A DNA stretch of 64,000 bases. Origin: Promethearchaeota archaeon. Its GTDB lineage: Archaea; Asgardarchaeota; Lokiarchaeia; Sigyniarchaeales; SOKP01. The translations under genes were made by a program, and so were the position numbers. Every line of letters begins with the position of its first letter. Position 1 is the stretch's first letter. The stretch spans positions 37,878 to 101,877 of the forward strand of contig JAEOTR010000053.1 in assembly GCA_016839705.1 (NCBI GenBank), read 5' to 3'. The notes beneath the pieces are model-generated. The model worked only from the letters and a program-made list of their open reading frames with translations, was not told where the DNA came from and ran no database searches. Positions 39,126 through 49,462 of the stretch are shown here, one piece after another.

Positions 39126-40037
39126 ATGAAAGATTTGAAAGGAAAAAATTGTTTTATAACAGGTGCTGCGAGTTCTAAAGGGATAGGTCGCTCTTTAGCA
39201 ATTGAGCTTGCGAGAGAAGGAATGAATATGTATATAACAGATATAGACATGGAAGGTTTAGAAAATGTGAAAAAAGAGATCGAGGAACTCGGAGTAAAGG
39301 TGTTCACTGCTAAATGTGATGTCTCCAAGTTTGAAGATTGGAAAAAATGTGAAGAAGATTTTAGATCCAGTCTAGGAGATATTGATTTACTTATAAATAA
39401 TGCGGGGATTGCTATTGGTGGAAGTATCCTAGAACTTGAGTTAGAAGATTGGGAAAAAGTACTTGGTATAAACTTGTGGAGTATTATCTATTCGTTAAAA
39501 ACCTTCGTTCCTAAAATGATGGCAAAAGGATCGGGTCACCTAGTAAATGTGGCATCGGGAGCGGGAATATTGGGATCTTCAGAGCCTCTCCCTTATGTTA
39601 CATCAAAATTCGCGATTGTAGGAATGTCTGAGGCTTTATTTGGCAACCTTCATGGTTTTGGCATAAATGTATCAATAATTCTCCCTTGGGTTATAGCTAC
39701 TAATATATGGACATCGTCTGAAGTGAGAGTACCTCAGAAACTTATGGAAGATTTTGGGGCTCAAAAGATAGAAGAAATTACCCAGAAAGCTAGAGAAGGT
39801 TTCATTGAAAATGCGGTTTCACCTGATGAAGTAGCAAAAATATATGTAAAAGAAATTAAAGAAAATAAATTATATATCTGTGATAACAAAGATTACTTCA
39901 ATATTCTTGAATTAAAAGGTAAACCAGATCAATATGAAAGGGCACTTAAATTCATGCATGCGCAAAGTGCAAAAAATACGAGGGATATGTATCATAAAGC
40001 TGGAATAAAGATTGAAGATTATAGGAAATTCTTTTGA
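39126..40037 (+). CDS. Short-chain dehydrogenase/reductase
   Basis: TGAASSKGIG, NNAG, YVTSK. Confidence 0.9.
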   Translation: MKDLKGKNCFITGAASSKGIGRSLAIELAREGMNMYITDIDMEGLENVKKEIEELGVKVFTAKCDVSKFEDWKKCEEDFRSSLGDIDLLINNAGIAIGGSILELELEDWEKVLGINLWSIIYSLKTFVPKMMAKGSGHLVNVASGAGILGSSEPLPYVTSKFAIVGMSEALFGNLHGFGINVSIILPWVIATNIWTSSEVRVPQKLMEDFGAQKIEEITQKAREGFIENAVSPDEVAKIYVKEIKENKLYICDNKDYFNILELKGKPDQYERALKFMHAQSAKNTRDMYHKAGIKIEDYRKFF

Positions 40038-40049
40038 GGTGGAAAAAAT

Positions 40050-40910
40050 ATGAAAGAATTTAAGGATAAAGTGGCGGTAATTACCGGTGCTGCAAGTGGT
40101 ATCGGTATGGAATTAGCTAGATTATGTGCTAAAGAGGGAATGAAAGTTGTCATAGCAGATATTGACAAAAAAAGATTACCTCGTGTAGAAAGAAGAATGA
40201 GACGCGAAGGAGCTACAGTATTAGGTGTTACAACAGATGCATCCCAACGAGAAGAACTTGAAAAGTTGGCTCAAATAACGCTTGATACGTACGGTGAAGT
40301 TCATTTATTAGTAAATAATGCCGCAGTGGGTAATACTAAATACACATGGAATTATACATTAAAAGATTGGGAATGGCAACTTGGAGTAGACCTCCTCAGT
40401 GTAATACATGGGATAAGGATTTTCATACCAATTATGTTAAAACAAGATAATGAATGTCATATTGTTAATGTTTCATCAATGGAAGGTTTAATGAAAGGAA
40501 GTGGCCCGGGAGGTGCAATTTATGGTTTATCAAAACATGCAATTGTTTCTCTCACTGAAACTTTAAGCATTGAATTAGAAGCGATAGAAGCGAAACTGAA
40601 AGTGTCAGTTGTCTGTCCAGGGTATGTTTCAACAAGAATACATTTCGGTGATGTCCATCGACCTGAAAAATTTCATAATGCCCCAGAAGAGCAAACTGGA
40701 GATACTAGAAATCAGGATATCTACTCAAAATTAGATTTTAATATTGAAGAGGCTTTAACACAATCTCCTACGATTACTCCCGAAAGAGCTGCGGAAATAA
40801 TACTAGACGAAATTAAACAGGACAAATTATATATTCTTACCCATAAAGATGATTTCATGAAAGGTCGAGTTAAACAAAGATTTGATGGAATTCTTGAGGC
40901 ATTTGATTAA
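40050..40910 (+). CDS. Short-chain dehydrogenase/reductase
   Basis: TGAASGIG, NNAA, YGLSK, CPG.V. Confidence 0.92.
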   Translation: MKEFKDKVAVITGAASGIGMELARLCAKEGMKVVIADIDKKRLPRVERRMRREGATVLGVTTDASQREELEKLAQITLDTYGEVHLLVNNAAVGNTKYTWNYTLKDWEWQLGVDLLSVIHGIRIFIPIMLKQDNECHIVNVSSMEGLMKGSGPGGAIYGLSKHAIVSLTETLSIELEAIEAKLKVSVVCPGYVSTRIHFGDVHRPEKFHNAPEEQTGDTRNQDIYSKLDFNIEEALTQSPTITPERAAEIILDEIKQDKLYILTHKDDFMKGRVKQRFDGILEAFD

Positions 40911-40992
40911 ATATTATAGTAAAACAAAATTTTCAATTATAAGTAAACCTAAAATAAAGCCAGAGCACCTAAAATTATTCAAATAAAAGGAA

Positions 40993-41997
40993 TCAAGGTT
41001 TTATTAAAACCTTAATTGACTCATCTGTGTTACATTGAGTTTCAAAAGCTTCTTTAGCTTTATCCAAAGGAAATTCATGAGTAATAATTTTAGATTGATC
41101 CACTTTCTTATTCTGAAGTAATTCTAAAGATTTTTGAACTGACTCAGGAGTAAAACCAAACGATCCCAATAAAGTTATTTGTTTAGTAACCACTTCCATA
41201 AAACTAAGGGGAACAATATCTTCAAATAATCCATGTATCACGATCCTCCCTGTGTTTGGACTTGCCATAATAACTGCTTGCTGAAGGACTATAGAACCTT
41301 TTTGGTCTTTCACGTATCCTACACAGTCAAATATAACATCCACTTTAGGCATACTTATGGTTGGTATTATTGGAAAAGGTACAGATTCAACTAATCTTTT
41401 TATTTTTACTAGTGGGTTATTTTTTCTGGCATTAATAACCTCATCAGCCCCTATCTGCTTTGCTGTATTTAAACGAAAATCTGATAAATCAATTGCTATA
41501 AGTTTATTTATAGGTAAATCAAGAGCTTTCAAGCATTGAATTATACCTAATCCTATTGTTCCTGTTCCAAATACAACAACATTCTCTTCTCTAGAAGGAT
41601 TACCTTTCATCAGTGCATAATAGGAATTGCTTAAGGGTTCAAGAAGTGATGCTTCTTCATATGAAACCTCTGGGGGTATTTTAATTACATTTCGAACAGG
41701 AGCATATTCTGCCATACCCCCACTATTAAATGCTACAACTCTATCTCCTTCCTTGACGTCTTTGACTTTACTCCCTATTTCTTCTACATAGCCACTAAGT
41801 TCATGACCAGGTATTCCACCTTTTGCTAATGGTCTTAAAAGAGCTACAGAAAACATATTCAGTTTATACATATGTAAATCTGACCCGCAGATGCCACAAG
41901 CCTTGACTTTGATAAGAATTTCATCGTCTTGAATTCTTGGCATCTCAACTTCTTCTATTCTAATATCTTTCACGCCATAAAAAACTGCTGCTTTCAT
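40993..41997 (-). CDS. Zn-dependent MDR dehydrogenase (threonine/sorbitol dehydrogenase-like) lacking the structural Zn loop
   Basis: GICGSDLH, GHE, EPL, G.G.IG; no CxxCxxC after GDRV. Confidence 0.88.
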   Translation of the reverse strand: MKAAVFYGVKDIRIEEVEMPRIQDDEILIKVKACGICGSDLHMYKLNMFSVALLRPLAKGGIPGHELSGYVEEIGSKVKDVKEGDRVVAFNSGGMAEYAPVRNVIKIPPEVSYEEASLLEPLSNSYYALMKGNPSREENVVVFGTGTIGLGIIQCLKALDLPINKLIAIDLSDFRLNTAKQIGADEVINARKNNPLVKIKRLVESVPFPIIPTISMPKVDVIFDCVGYVKDQKGSIVLQQAVIMASPNTGRIVIHGLFEDIVPLSFMEVVTKQITLLGSFGFTPESVQKSLELLQNKKVDQSKIITHEFPLDKAKEAFETQCNTDESIKVLIKP

Positions 41998-42142
41998 ATT
42001 TCTTACTATATTCTAAAAATTTCTCTCAATTAACTATCTAATATAAGATTCTTTTTTTCAAACCTATTTATACTTATATGTTTGATGATTCAAAATTAGA
42101 TTCAGAAAAAAGCTTTTTATTCAATAATGCTGAATTGTAACT

Positions 42143-42985
42143 ATGAAAAGTTTTAAAGATAAAGTAGCAGTTATCACTGGCGCTGCTAATGGCATTGGGC
42201 AAGGGATTGCTTATCGATGCGGTAAAGAAGGTATGAAAGTAGTTATTTCTGATATAAATGAGAAAAGTTTAGGAAGAACGGAAAGAAAATTAAAGCGAGA
42301 AGGTACTCAAGTATTATCCCTTAAAACTGATGTTTCGAAATTCAGTGATGTTGAAAAATTGGCTGAAAAAACTCTAGAAACATTTGGTAAAGTACATTTG
42401 CTATTTAATAATGCGGGTATTGCTATACCAAGACTTTCTTGGGAGTATGAGTTAAAAGATTGGGAGAAAGTAATAGGGATAAATTTATGGGGAGTAATTT
42501 ATGGGATTAAAATATTCGTCCCTATTATGTTAAAGCAAGATATTAAATGTCATATCGTTAATACCTCATCAATGGAGGGTATAATTTCTCAAGGGATAGG
42601 AGGTGCTACATATGGAGTATGTAAGCATGCACTCGTGCATCTTTCTGAACGATTAACCCTTGAATTGGAAGAGCTTGGCTCCAAAATAGATGTATCTGTT
42701 CTCTGTCCAGGTTTTGTAGGTACAAACATTTTTGCTTCTGCGATAAAAAGCTTGTCAGAATACAGAGATGATGTTAGTGGAATAGCTGATCTTGTGAGTA
42801 AGGAGCGAGTAGAATTTTTTCAACAATTCATTGAAGAATCTCCGATGATGACATCAGAAAAAGTCGCTGATATTGTGTTTCAAGCAATAAGAAATAAGGA
42901 TCTCTATATTTTCACACATAAAGAACCAATTCTTAAAAATATGGTAAAAGAGCGATTTGATGCTATTTTAAAAGCATTTGAATAA
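42143..42985 (+). CDS. Short-chain dehydrogenase/reductase
   Basis: TGAANGIG, NNAG, YGVCK, CPGFV; close paralog of 40050..40910. Confidence 0.92.
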   Translation: MKSFKDKVAVITGAANGIGQGIAYRCGKEGMKVVISDINEKSLGRTERKLKREGTQVLSLKTDVSKFSDVEKLAEKTLETFGKVHLLFNNAGIAIPRLSWEYELKDWEKVIGINLWGVIYGIKIFVPIMLKQDIKCHIVNTSSMEGIISQGIGGATYGVCKHALVHLSERLTLELEELGSKIDVSVLCPGFVGTNIFASAIKSLSEYRDDVSGIADLVSKERVEFFQQFIEESPMMTSEKVADIVFQAIRNKDLYIFTHKEPILKNMVKERFDAILKAFE

Positions 42986-43077
42986 TAAATTATGTATTTT
43001 TTTGAAAGGTAGATTTATATATTCGAATTATCTAAGCTATTATTGTCCATTAGTCATTTTTAAGAAGGAAAAATGAA

Positions 43078-43479
43078 ATGAGCCCGATTAGTTTATATTT
43101 AATTCCGATTCTTTATATTATATATATCGCAACAACCACACTAATCTTACAGAATTTAGCAAAAAGTAATGAGTGGGACGCTTCTTTTAAAAAAGCATTT
43201 ATGGTTATCTTTATATGGATAACAATCACTTACATTATAAGTATTATAATTCAAATTATTACTGAAAATTTATCTTTTGCAGAAACACAAGTTATAGTTT
43301 CATTTTCCTTTTATATCATAACTTTAAGTTTATCTTTAGGGTCGTTTTTAATATTGGGACCTTTTATTGTAAAAAAATTTTACAACAAGGAATTTAGAGA
43401 GTCATTCTCGACGATATTAAGAGTTTTATTATATGAGGCTATAGTACAATCGGTTTTCCTTCCTCTATATTTAATTTAA
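43078..43479 (+). CDS. Hypothetical membrane protein
   Basis: Three to four hydrophobic segments. Confidence 0.65.
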   Translation: MSPISLYLIPILYIIYIATTTLILQNLAKSNEWDASFKKAFMVIFIWITITYIISIIIQIITENLSFAETQVIVSFSFYIITLSLSLGSFLILGPFIVKKFYNKEFRESFSTILRVLLYEAIVQSVFLPLYLI

Positions 43480-43522
43480 TCTATCTAAATTATCATGTAG
43501 TGGATGTACGGTGATTTTCGAT

Positions 43523-44560
43523 TTAAGTTTTAATGAAATATAATCTATTATCTTTCTCAAATCGTTTTATTTTACCCTGTTCCTCTAAATAAATTAGATG
43601 ACTTAACACTTCACTAAGGGCCAACATTGTATTCATTCCATCTAAATCGTCTCCAAAGTGAATTTGTGAAATTTTATAGGGTGTCAAAGCAGTATTTTCT
43701 ATCACTTTTGTAACTTCTGCCAACCTAGTATCATGATGTTTTTTCATTTCTAAAATTCTTTTATGAGGATCATATATTATCTCTTGATGTGCGGGAAAGA
43801 TTATTTTTGGGTTCAAAGCATCTATTTTGTCAAGTGACTTCAAATAATAATCCAGAATATTAGTAAAATTAAATCTCTTTTGAATTGAAGGGCTAATCAT
43901 AGACGTGCCTATGTTTGGGGTTATTCTAGAAAGGATATGATCTCCGGCAAATAAGTACCGATTCCTCTCCTCAAACACGCAAATATGCCCTAAACTATGC
44001 CCTGGTGTCCAAATGAATTTCAATTTAGTTGAGTTAAATTTAATCTCATCATTATCTTTTAGGAGTCTGTCTGGATTGACGTATGGTATCATATTATGCA
44101 TTCTTGTTGAGAAACCAAATATGAATCTTGCTCTTTCTTCTGTTAAACCGTATTTCATTGCACGTGATAATAATTCATCAGAAGATTGCTGAATCTCATC
44201 CTCATTTTTCGGGTCAGTCATCCATTTAATTAAGCTCTGAGTAATTTCACTCATTAAAATCTGTATGTTGGGATTTTGAAGCTTTATTTCTTCCATTAAT
44301 CCGACGTGATCAGGATGTTCATGTGTGATAATAAGGTAATTAATATCTTCAATAGATAGATTTAGCTTTTGCAATTCAGAAAAGAATACTTTCTTCCATT
44401 CTGGGAAATTAAATCCCGCATCGATAAGGATATATGTATCATCAATTTTGAAAAGATACATACATACAAATTTTAACCCAACTGGAGAGGGGAAATCAAT
44501 CTGAAATCGGTATACTCCATTAATTTGACTTACTTCAGAGTTTGCTTTATATGAAAACAG
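43523..44560 (-). CDS. Metallo-beta-lactamase-fold hydrolase with C-terminal wHTH (LACTB2-like)
   Basis: THEHPDH, TPGHS.GH, GDH, PAH; frame stays open upstream of ATG 44461 to a TAG at 44567-44569, so the start is tentatively placed at CTG 44560. Confidence 0.82.
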   Translation of the reverse strand: MFSYKANSEVSQINGVYRFQIDFPSPVGLKFVCMYLFKIDDTYILIDAGFNFPEWKKVFFSELQKLNLSIEDINYLIITHEHPDHVGLMEEIKLQNPNIQILMSEITQSLIKWMTDPKNEDEIQQSSDELLSRAMKYGLTEERARFIFGFSTRMHNMIPYVNPDRLLKDNDEIKFNSTKLKFIWTPGHSLGHICVFEERNRYLFAGDHILSRITPNIGTSMISPSIQKRFNFTNILDYYLKSLDKIDALNPKIIFPAHQEIIYDPHKRILEMKKHHDTRLAEVTKVIENTALTPYKISQIHFGDDLDGMNTMLALSEVLSHLIYLEEQGKIKRFEKDNRLYFIKT

Positions 44561-44719
44561 GATGATCTAACCATTCATTTAATCTTTGAATGAAAATTTA
44601 TCAAACAATTTTTAGTTTTGCATTTAGGATTTTTTCCAATATTTTTGAAAATTATTTATAGAGAATTAAACAAATAGATGTTATAACTCAAAATAGAAAA
44701 CAAAAGAGAGGTAAAAAAT

Positions 44720-45574
44720 ATGAGTAATAATGAAGAAAAAGATTGGGAATTTAATCATCTCGAAATTGAGAAAGATGTGGAAAACCACATAACAACGATA
44801 ACCATGGATCACCCGCCACTTTCAGATCTTGATACTCGTACGAACACTATGGGACCCGCACTGGTTGAAGAACTCGCTAAAGTACAAGATCTTTTGTATT
44901 ATGATCCAGATACTCGTATTATAATATTAAAAGGATCTAAGCATTATTTTTCTGGAGGTGGTGATTTTGGAGGAGGAGAACTTCCCCCTCCTGGCACTCC
45001 TATTGACATAAGAGCTTGGGGTATAAAAAAAGGGGTTGTTAGGGGGCAACGAGTTTTTAAGCGATTTCGGGAGATACACATTCCAGTTATAGCTGCAATT
45101 GAAGGAATGGCGACAGGAGGGGGATTAGAGTTAGCAATGAGTTGTGATATCCGATATGCCAGAGAAGATGCTATGATGGGATTATTTGAAACTACTTATG
45201 GGATGATACCAGGTTGGGGAGGGACACAACTTATGGTACGTCATATAGGTGTAGGTAGGGCTATGGAGCTTATATTAAAAGGTGAAGTAATTTCTGCGCA
45301 GAAAGCTTGTGAAATAGGGTTGATAAATGGAGTTTTTAAAATAGATGAATTCGATGAAAAAGTGTATGCAGAGGCAAAAGAAATTGTTCAAAAATGTACT
45401 CCTGTAGGAATTGGGATTGCAAAGCAAATGATAAACTTTGGGAGTGATGTTCCATTTGATATCGGTTTAGAATTAGAAGCATACGGTTACGGGACTGTAG
45501 TTAATTCAAAAGATTTTCTTATCGGTCTAACCACTGGTGGTGATGGGAAAAAACCAAATTATCTAAATGAATAA
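44720..45574 (+). CDS. Enoyl-CoA hydratase/isomerase (crotonase)
   Basis: FSGGGDF, GGGLELAM.CD, FE..YGMIPGWGG. Confidence 0.92.
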   Translation: MSNNEEKDWEFNHLEIEKDVENHITTITMDHPPLSDLDTRTNTMGPALVEELAKVQDLLYYDPDTRIIILKGSKHYFSGGGDFGGGELPPPGTPIDIRAWGIKKGVVRGQRVFKRFREIHIPVIAAIEGMATGGGLELAMSCDIRYAREDAMMGLFETTYGMIPGWGGTQLMVRHIGVGRAMELILKGEVISAQKACEIGLINGVFKIDEFDEKVYAEAKEIVQKCTPVGIGIAKQMINFGSDVPFDIGLELEAYGYGTVVNSKDFLIGLTTGGDGKKPNYLNE

Positions 45575-45708
45575 TGAAAAATTAATTATTTATAAGGGTA
45601 AATTGAAAATTTTATAAGCTCTACATTTTTATCCATATGAAATATATTAGAAAATTTTTTGAATTAACATAATATATACTATATAGAATTAAAATAAAGG
45701 AAACTATA

Positions 45709-46095
45709 ATGAGAAGTATTCAAGAAAGTCTAATAACTCGTTTAAAAATACCAACACGAAAAGGTAACAAAGTACTTATAAGGCGTTGTACCAACTGTGG
45801 GAATACTAGGAATCCACCAAGAACTTATTGCAATATATGTCAAGGTACTGATTTTAAAGATCTTGTTTTCGGTCCTAAAGGTGAAATTACAACTTACTCC
45901 TCATCTTATAAAAGGAAAGCTACTGATACACAACGTTTTTTTGGTAATGTCCGGCTTTTTTCTGAAGATGGCAAAGATTCTATTGGGGTAGGGGGAATAT
46001 TTGATGTTCAGAGCATCGATGAACTTGAAATCGGGCAAAAAGTAGAATTATTGCCTGACGAAAGGTATAATATATTTAAATTAGTGGAGGATTAA
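45709..46095 (+). CDS. DUF35-type Zn-ribbon + OB-fold protein (thiolase partner)
   Basis: RCTNCG....PPR.YC..C, G.I.TYS, IGQKV; immediately upstream of the thiolase. Confidence 0.85.
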   Translation: MRSIQESLITRLKIPTRKGNKVLIRRCTNCGNTRNPPRTYCNICQGTDFKDLVFGPKGEITTYSSSYKRKATDTQRFFGNVRLFSEDGKDSIGVGGIFDVQSIDELEIGQKVELLPDERYNIFKLVED

Positions 46096-46098
46096 AAA

Positions 46099-47328
46099 AT
46101 GAGAAATGTAGCAGTAGTAGGTGCGGGGGTGTCTCCTTTTGGAAGACTCGATGCACTTTTGTATCAAGAAATTGGAAGACCTGCGGTAAATGATGCCATT
46201 GAAAATGCGGGAATTGATCGTAAATTGATCGAAAGCTGTTATTATGGCAGTTGTGGCGGAGTTGGGGTTGGTCATGAAATCATGAATGAATGTGGAATGA
46301 TTGGAATTCCAATTACTAGAGTAGTGAACGCATGTAGCTCCGGTTCGAATGCTTTCCGTTTAGCTTATATGGATATAGCTTCAGGATTGAGCGATTGTGT
46401 AATGGCTATGGGTATTGAGAAAATGAAAGATGTTACAATGGCTGTGGTCGGGGGAGGAACAAGGTATCAGATTGAAGCAAAAGCTTATGCTCACAGTTCA
46501 CCTATGGCAGGTGGAGGCGGTGGTGGGGGCGGAGGTATGGCTGCTGGTTTTGCATTGATGGGACGAGCCCATATGAAGATTTATGGGACAAAAGTAGAGG
46601 ATTTTGCAAATATTACGGTAAAGAGTAGAAGGAACGGTTCAAAAAATCCCAAAGCAGAATTTCAAAACCTCATGACCTTAGAGGAGGTTTTAGATGATGT
46701 AATGATAAATGATCCACTGACCAGATCACAATGTTGCCCTCGAACGGATGGCGCTGCTGCCGTGGTACTTATGAGTGAAGATTTTGTGAAAAAGCATCAT
46801 GTTGAATCACCTATTTGGGTTAAAGGGAGCGCTATGGGAAGTAATTTTGGAAGTGCAAATGAAAGAGCATGGTTCAAGGAAACAGGGAGTTATTACCCTC
46901 CAGGATTTCTTACCGATTATTTAGTCGCACAAAAAGTCTATGAAATGGCTAAAGTTGGACCAAAAGATTTTTATGACAGAGGTTTTGTTGAATGTCATGA
47001 CTGTTTTTCAGTTTCAGAGTACGTACATTATGAAGATTTTGGTTTCTGTAAAAAAGGTGAAGCTTCTCCCATGATAAATGACGGTGCTTTTGAAATTGAT
47101 GGTGATCTTCCTGTAAATCCTAGTGGTGGTTTACTATCGGTCGGTCACCCACTCGGAGCAACTGGAACACGACAAGTAGCGGAAATATATTGGCAAATGA
47201 CCAAACATAAGGAGGTCGCAAAACGCCAAGTTCCCGATAAACATCTTGATCTCGGTCTCCAACACACTCTTGGTTCACCTGGTCCAGGTTTTACTAATGT
47301 AATGCACATCTTTTCAAGAGATCTCTAA
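46099..47328 (+). CDS. SCP2-type thiolase family protein
   Basis: NACSSG, DGAAAVVL, ECHDCF, NPSGGLL..GHPLGATG. Confidence 0.92.
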   Translation: MRNVAVVGAGVSPFGRLDALLYQEIGRPAVNDAIENAGIDRKLIESCYYGSCGGVGVGHEIMNECGMIGIPITRVVNACSSGSNAFRLAYMDIASGLSDCVMAMGIEKMKDVTMAVVGGGTRYQIEAKAYAHSSPMAGGGGGGGGGMAAGFALMGRAHMKIYGTKVEDFANITVKSRRNGSKNPKAEFQNLMTLEEVLDDVMINDPLTRSQCCPRTDGAAAVVLMSEDFVKKHHVESPIWVKGSAMGSNFGSANERAWFKETGSYYPPGFLTDYLVAQKVYEMAKVGPKDFYDRGFVECHDCFSVSEYVHYEDFGFCKKGEASPMINDGAFEIDGDLPVNPSGGLLSVGHPLGATGTRQVAEIYWQMTKHKEVAKRQVPDKHLDLGLQHTLGSPGPGFTNVMHIFSRDL

Positions 47329-47337
47329 ATTTATATA

Positions 47338-47363
47338 TTTTTTTTATTCTTTTTTTTCTTTTT
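47338..47363 (+). terminator. Oligo-T terminator after the thiolase
   Basis: Three consecutive T runs about 10 nt after the stop codon. Confidence 0.5.
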
Positions 47364-47464
47364 ATATGCATTTTTGAGATACTCAAAATCTATAAATAAA
47401 TCCATGTTTAAATTTAGATAAACAATCAAAATTTTATTATTATAATTTAGAGGGAGTGGGTTAA

Positions 47465-48313
47465 ATGTCATATGAAGGATTTAAACTTTTGAAAATTCGC
47501 GTCGATCGGGGGGTATTATTCGCTACAATAAATAACCCACCAATGAATTTATTAAATATTGAACTATATGGAGAATTTGGTAAGTTAGCGATGGAAGTAG
47601 CTAAAGACGATAAAGTTAAAGTTATCGTTTTTGATAGTGCCGATCCTGATTATTTTATTGCCCATTATGACGTAAGTCTTCTGCTTCAATATCCAGACAA
47701 GGCACCACCAAAACCAATTGTTTTACATGGAGGTCATCAATTGCAAGAGCTATATCGCACTATGCCAAAAATATCGATTGCTAAAATTGAAGGTCGAGTA
47801 CGAGGAGGAGGAAGTGAATTCTGCCTTTCACTTGATATGCGATTTGGAGCATTAGGAAAAGCTATTTTAGGTCAAGTAGAAGCACCACTCGGTATTATTC
47901 CGGGAGGTGGCGGTACTCAAAGACTTCCACGCCTAATAGGTAGATCTCGTGCAATGGAAATTATAGTAGGTGGTATGGACTTTCCTGCAGACATTGCTGA
48001 AAAATATGGGTATATTAATCGTGCTCTTCCACCCGAAGAACTAACTCCGTTTGTAGAGGATCTTGCATATAGGATTGCATCATATCCTGCAGAGACAATC
48101 GCCATAGCAAAGAAGGCTGTATTGCTAGCTCTAGAAAAACCAGTTGTGGAAGGATTAATAGAAGAAACTCATTTATTCAATCTTACGTGTGTTTCAGCTG
48201 CTGCAAAAGAAAGGATGAGCTTGTTTCTTCAAATGGGTGGTCAGACAAGAGAAGGTGAGCTGGATATCTTTAAAGTAGTAGATGAATACAGTAAAAAAAT
48301 TGAAGAAAAATAA
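47465..48313 (+). CDS. Enoyl-CoA hydratase/isomerase family, tandem paralog 1
   Basis: NPPMNL, DPDYFIAHYD, GGGSEF, QVE..LGIIPGGGG. Confidence 0.9.
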   Translation: MSYEGFKLLKIRVDRGVLFATINNPPMNLLNIELYGEFGKLAMEVAKDDKVKVIVFDSADPDYFIAHYDVSLLLQYPDKAPPKPIVLHGGHQLQELYRTMPKISIAKIEGRVRGGGSEFCLSLDMRFGALGKAILGQVEAPLGIIPGGGGTQRLPRLIGRSRAMEIIVGGMDFPADIAEKYGYINRALPPEELTPFVEDLAYRIASYPAETIAIAKKAVLLALEKPVVEGLIEETHLFNLTCVSAAAKERMSLFLQMGGQTREGELDIFKVVDEYSKKIEEK

Positions 48314-48450
48314 TATAAATAACACAAGCAAAAGGCAAAGATATTCATTGGTAGCCAGTTTGATAAAATATCAAAACTAAAAAATATGGATTTATTTGTA
48401 ATACTACCCTAAATATACAAAATAACAAATTTTCAAATAGAGGAAAAGCT

Positions 48451-49296
48451 ATGGAATATAAAAATTATCAAGTATACAAAATTGAAGTTAAGCAGGGGGT
48501 TGCCTTTGTGACAATTGACAATCCTCCAATGAATCTGATTAATAGACCTTTTTGGGAGGATATGGAACGCTTTTTCACTGAAGTTCAGACAGATGATGAT
48601 GTAAGAGTCATTGTATTTCAAAGCTCGGATCCAAAATTCTTCATATCTCATTTCGATGTTTCCTTATTAACGGATTATCCTGATGATCCTGCTCCAGCAC
48701 CAACAGAATTAGGAGGATGGAAAAAATATTTTATGGAATTTCGGACATTGCCAAAGGTTACAATAGCAAAGATCGAAGGAATTTGCGGAGGTGGTGGAAG
48801 TGAATTTGTCTTATCTATGGATATGAGATTTGGTGCAATAAATAAGGCGGTGTTCATGCAAGGTGAGGCAGGTGTAGGAATTATTGCAGGTGGGGGTGGC
48901 ACTCACTGGTTAACACGTTTCATGGGTAGTGCACGAGCAATGGAAGTAATGCTTGGGCGATTTCCTTTTTCAGCAAAGTTGGCAGAGCGTTACGGGTGGA
49001 TTAACAGAGCAATCCCCGCGGATAAAATAGATCAGTTTGTAGAACAGTTGGCTTATAGTATTGCTTCTGTTCCAGCTGAAACTATTGCATTAGTTAAAAA
49101 AGCGATTATTATTGCAGAAGAATTACCAAGAAAGGAAGCTTTACTAGAAGAACAGCATCTTTTTGGAATTTCAGCTTCACTACCAGAATCTAAAAGAAGG
49201 ATGAAAGAATTTGTTGGGTCAGGAGATCAATCCCGAGACGCCGAATCAGGGATAGCTGATTTTGCAAAGCAAATGGATGAGTTCCTAAAAGAATAA
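48451..49296 (+). CDS. Enoyl-CoA hydratase/isomerase family, tandem paralog 2
   Basis: NPPMNL, DPKFFISHFD, GGGSEF, QGE.GVGII.GGGG. Confidence 0.9.
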   Translation: MEYKNYQVYKIEVKQGVAFVTIDNPPMNLINRPFWEDMERFFTEVQTDDDVRVIVFQSSDPKFFISHFDVSLLTDYPDDPAPAPTELGGWKKYFMEFRTLPKVTIAKIEGICGGGGSEFVLSMDMRFGAINKAVFMQGEAGVGIIAGGGGTHWLTRFMGSARAMEVMLGRFPFSAKLAERYGWINRAIPADKIDQFVEQLAYSIASVPAETIALVKKAIIIAEELPRKEALLEEQHLFGISASLPESKRRMKEFVGSGDQSRDAESGIADFAKQMDEFLKE

Positions 49297-49462
49297 GATT
49301 AAAAAAGTTTATTCTCTCATTACTACTTTTTTTATTTTAAACTCAATTACTTAATATTCAAAACTTATAGATAACTACCTAAAATGAGTTCATAACATAA
49401 TAAATTCCTTTATGAATAGTTGAAGAATTTATACTCAATATAATTTGAAAGGATGAAAAAAT

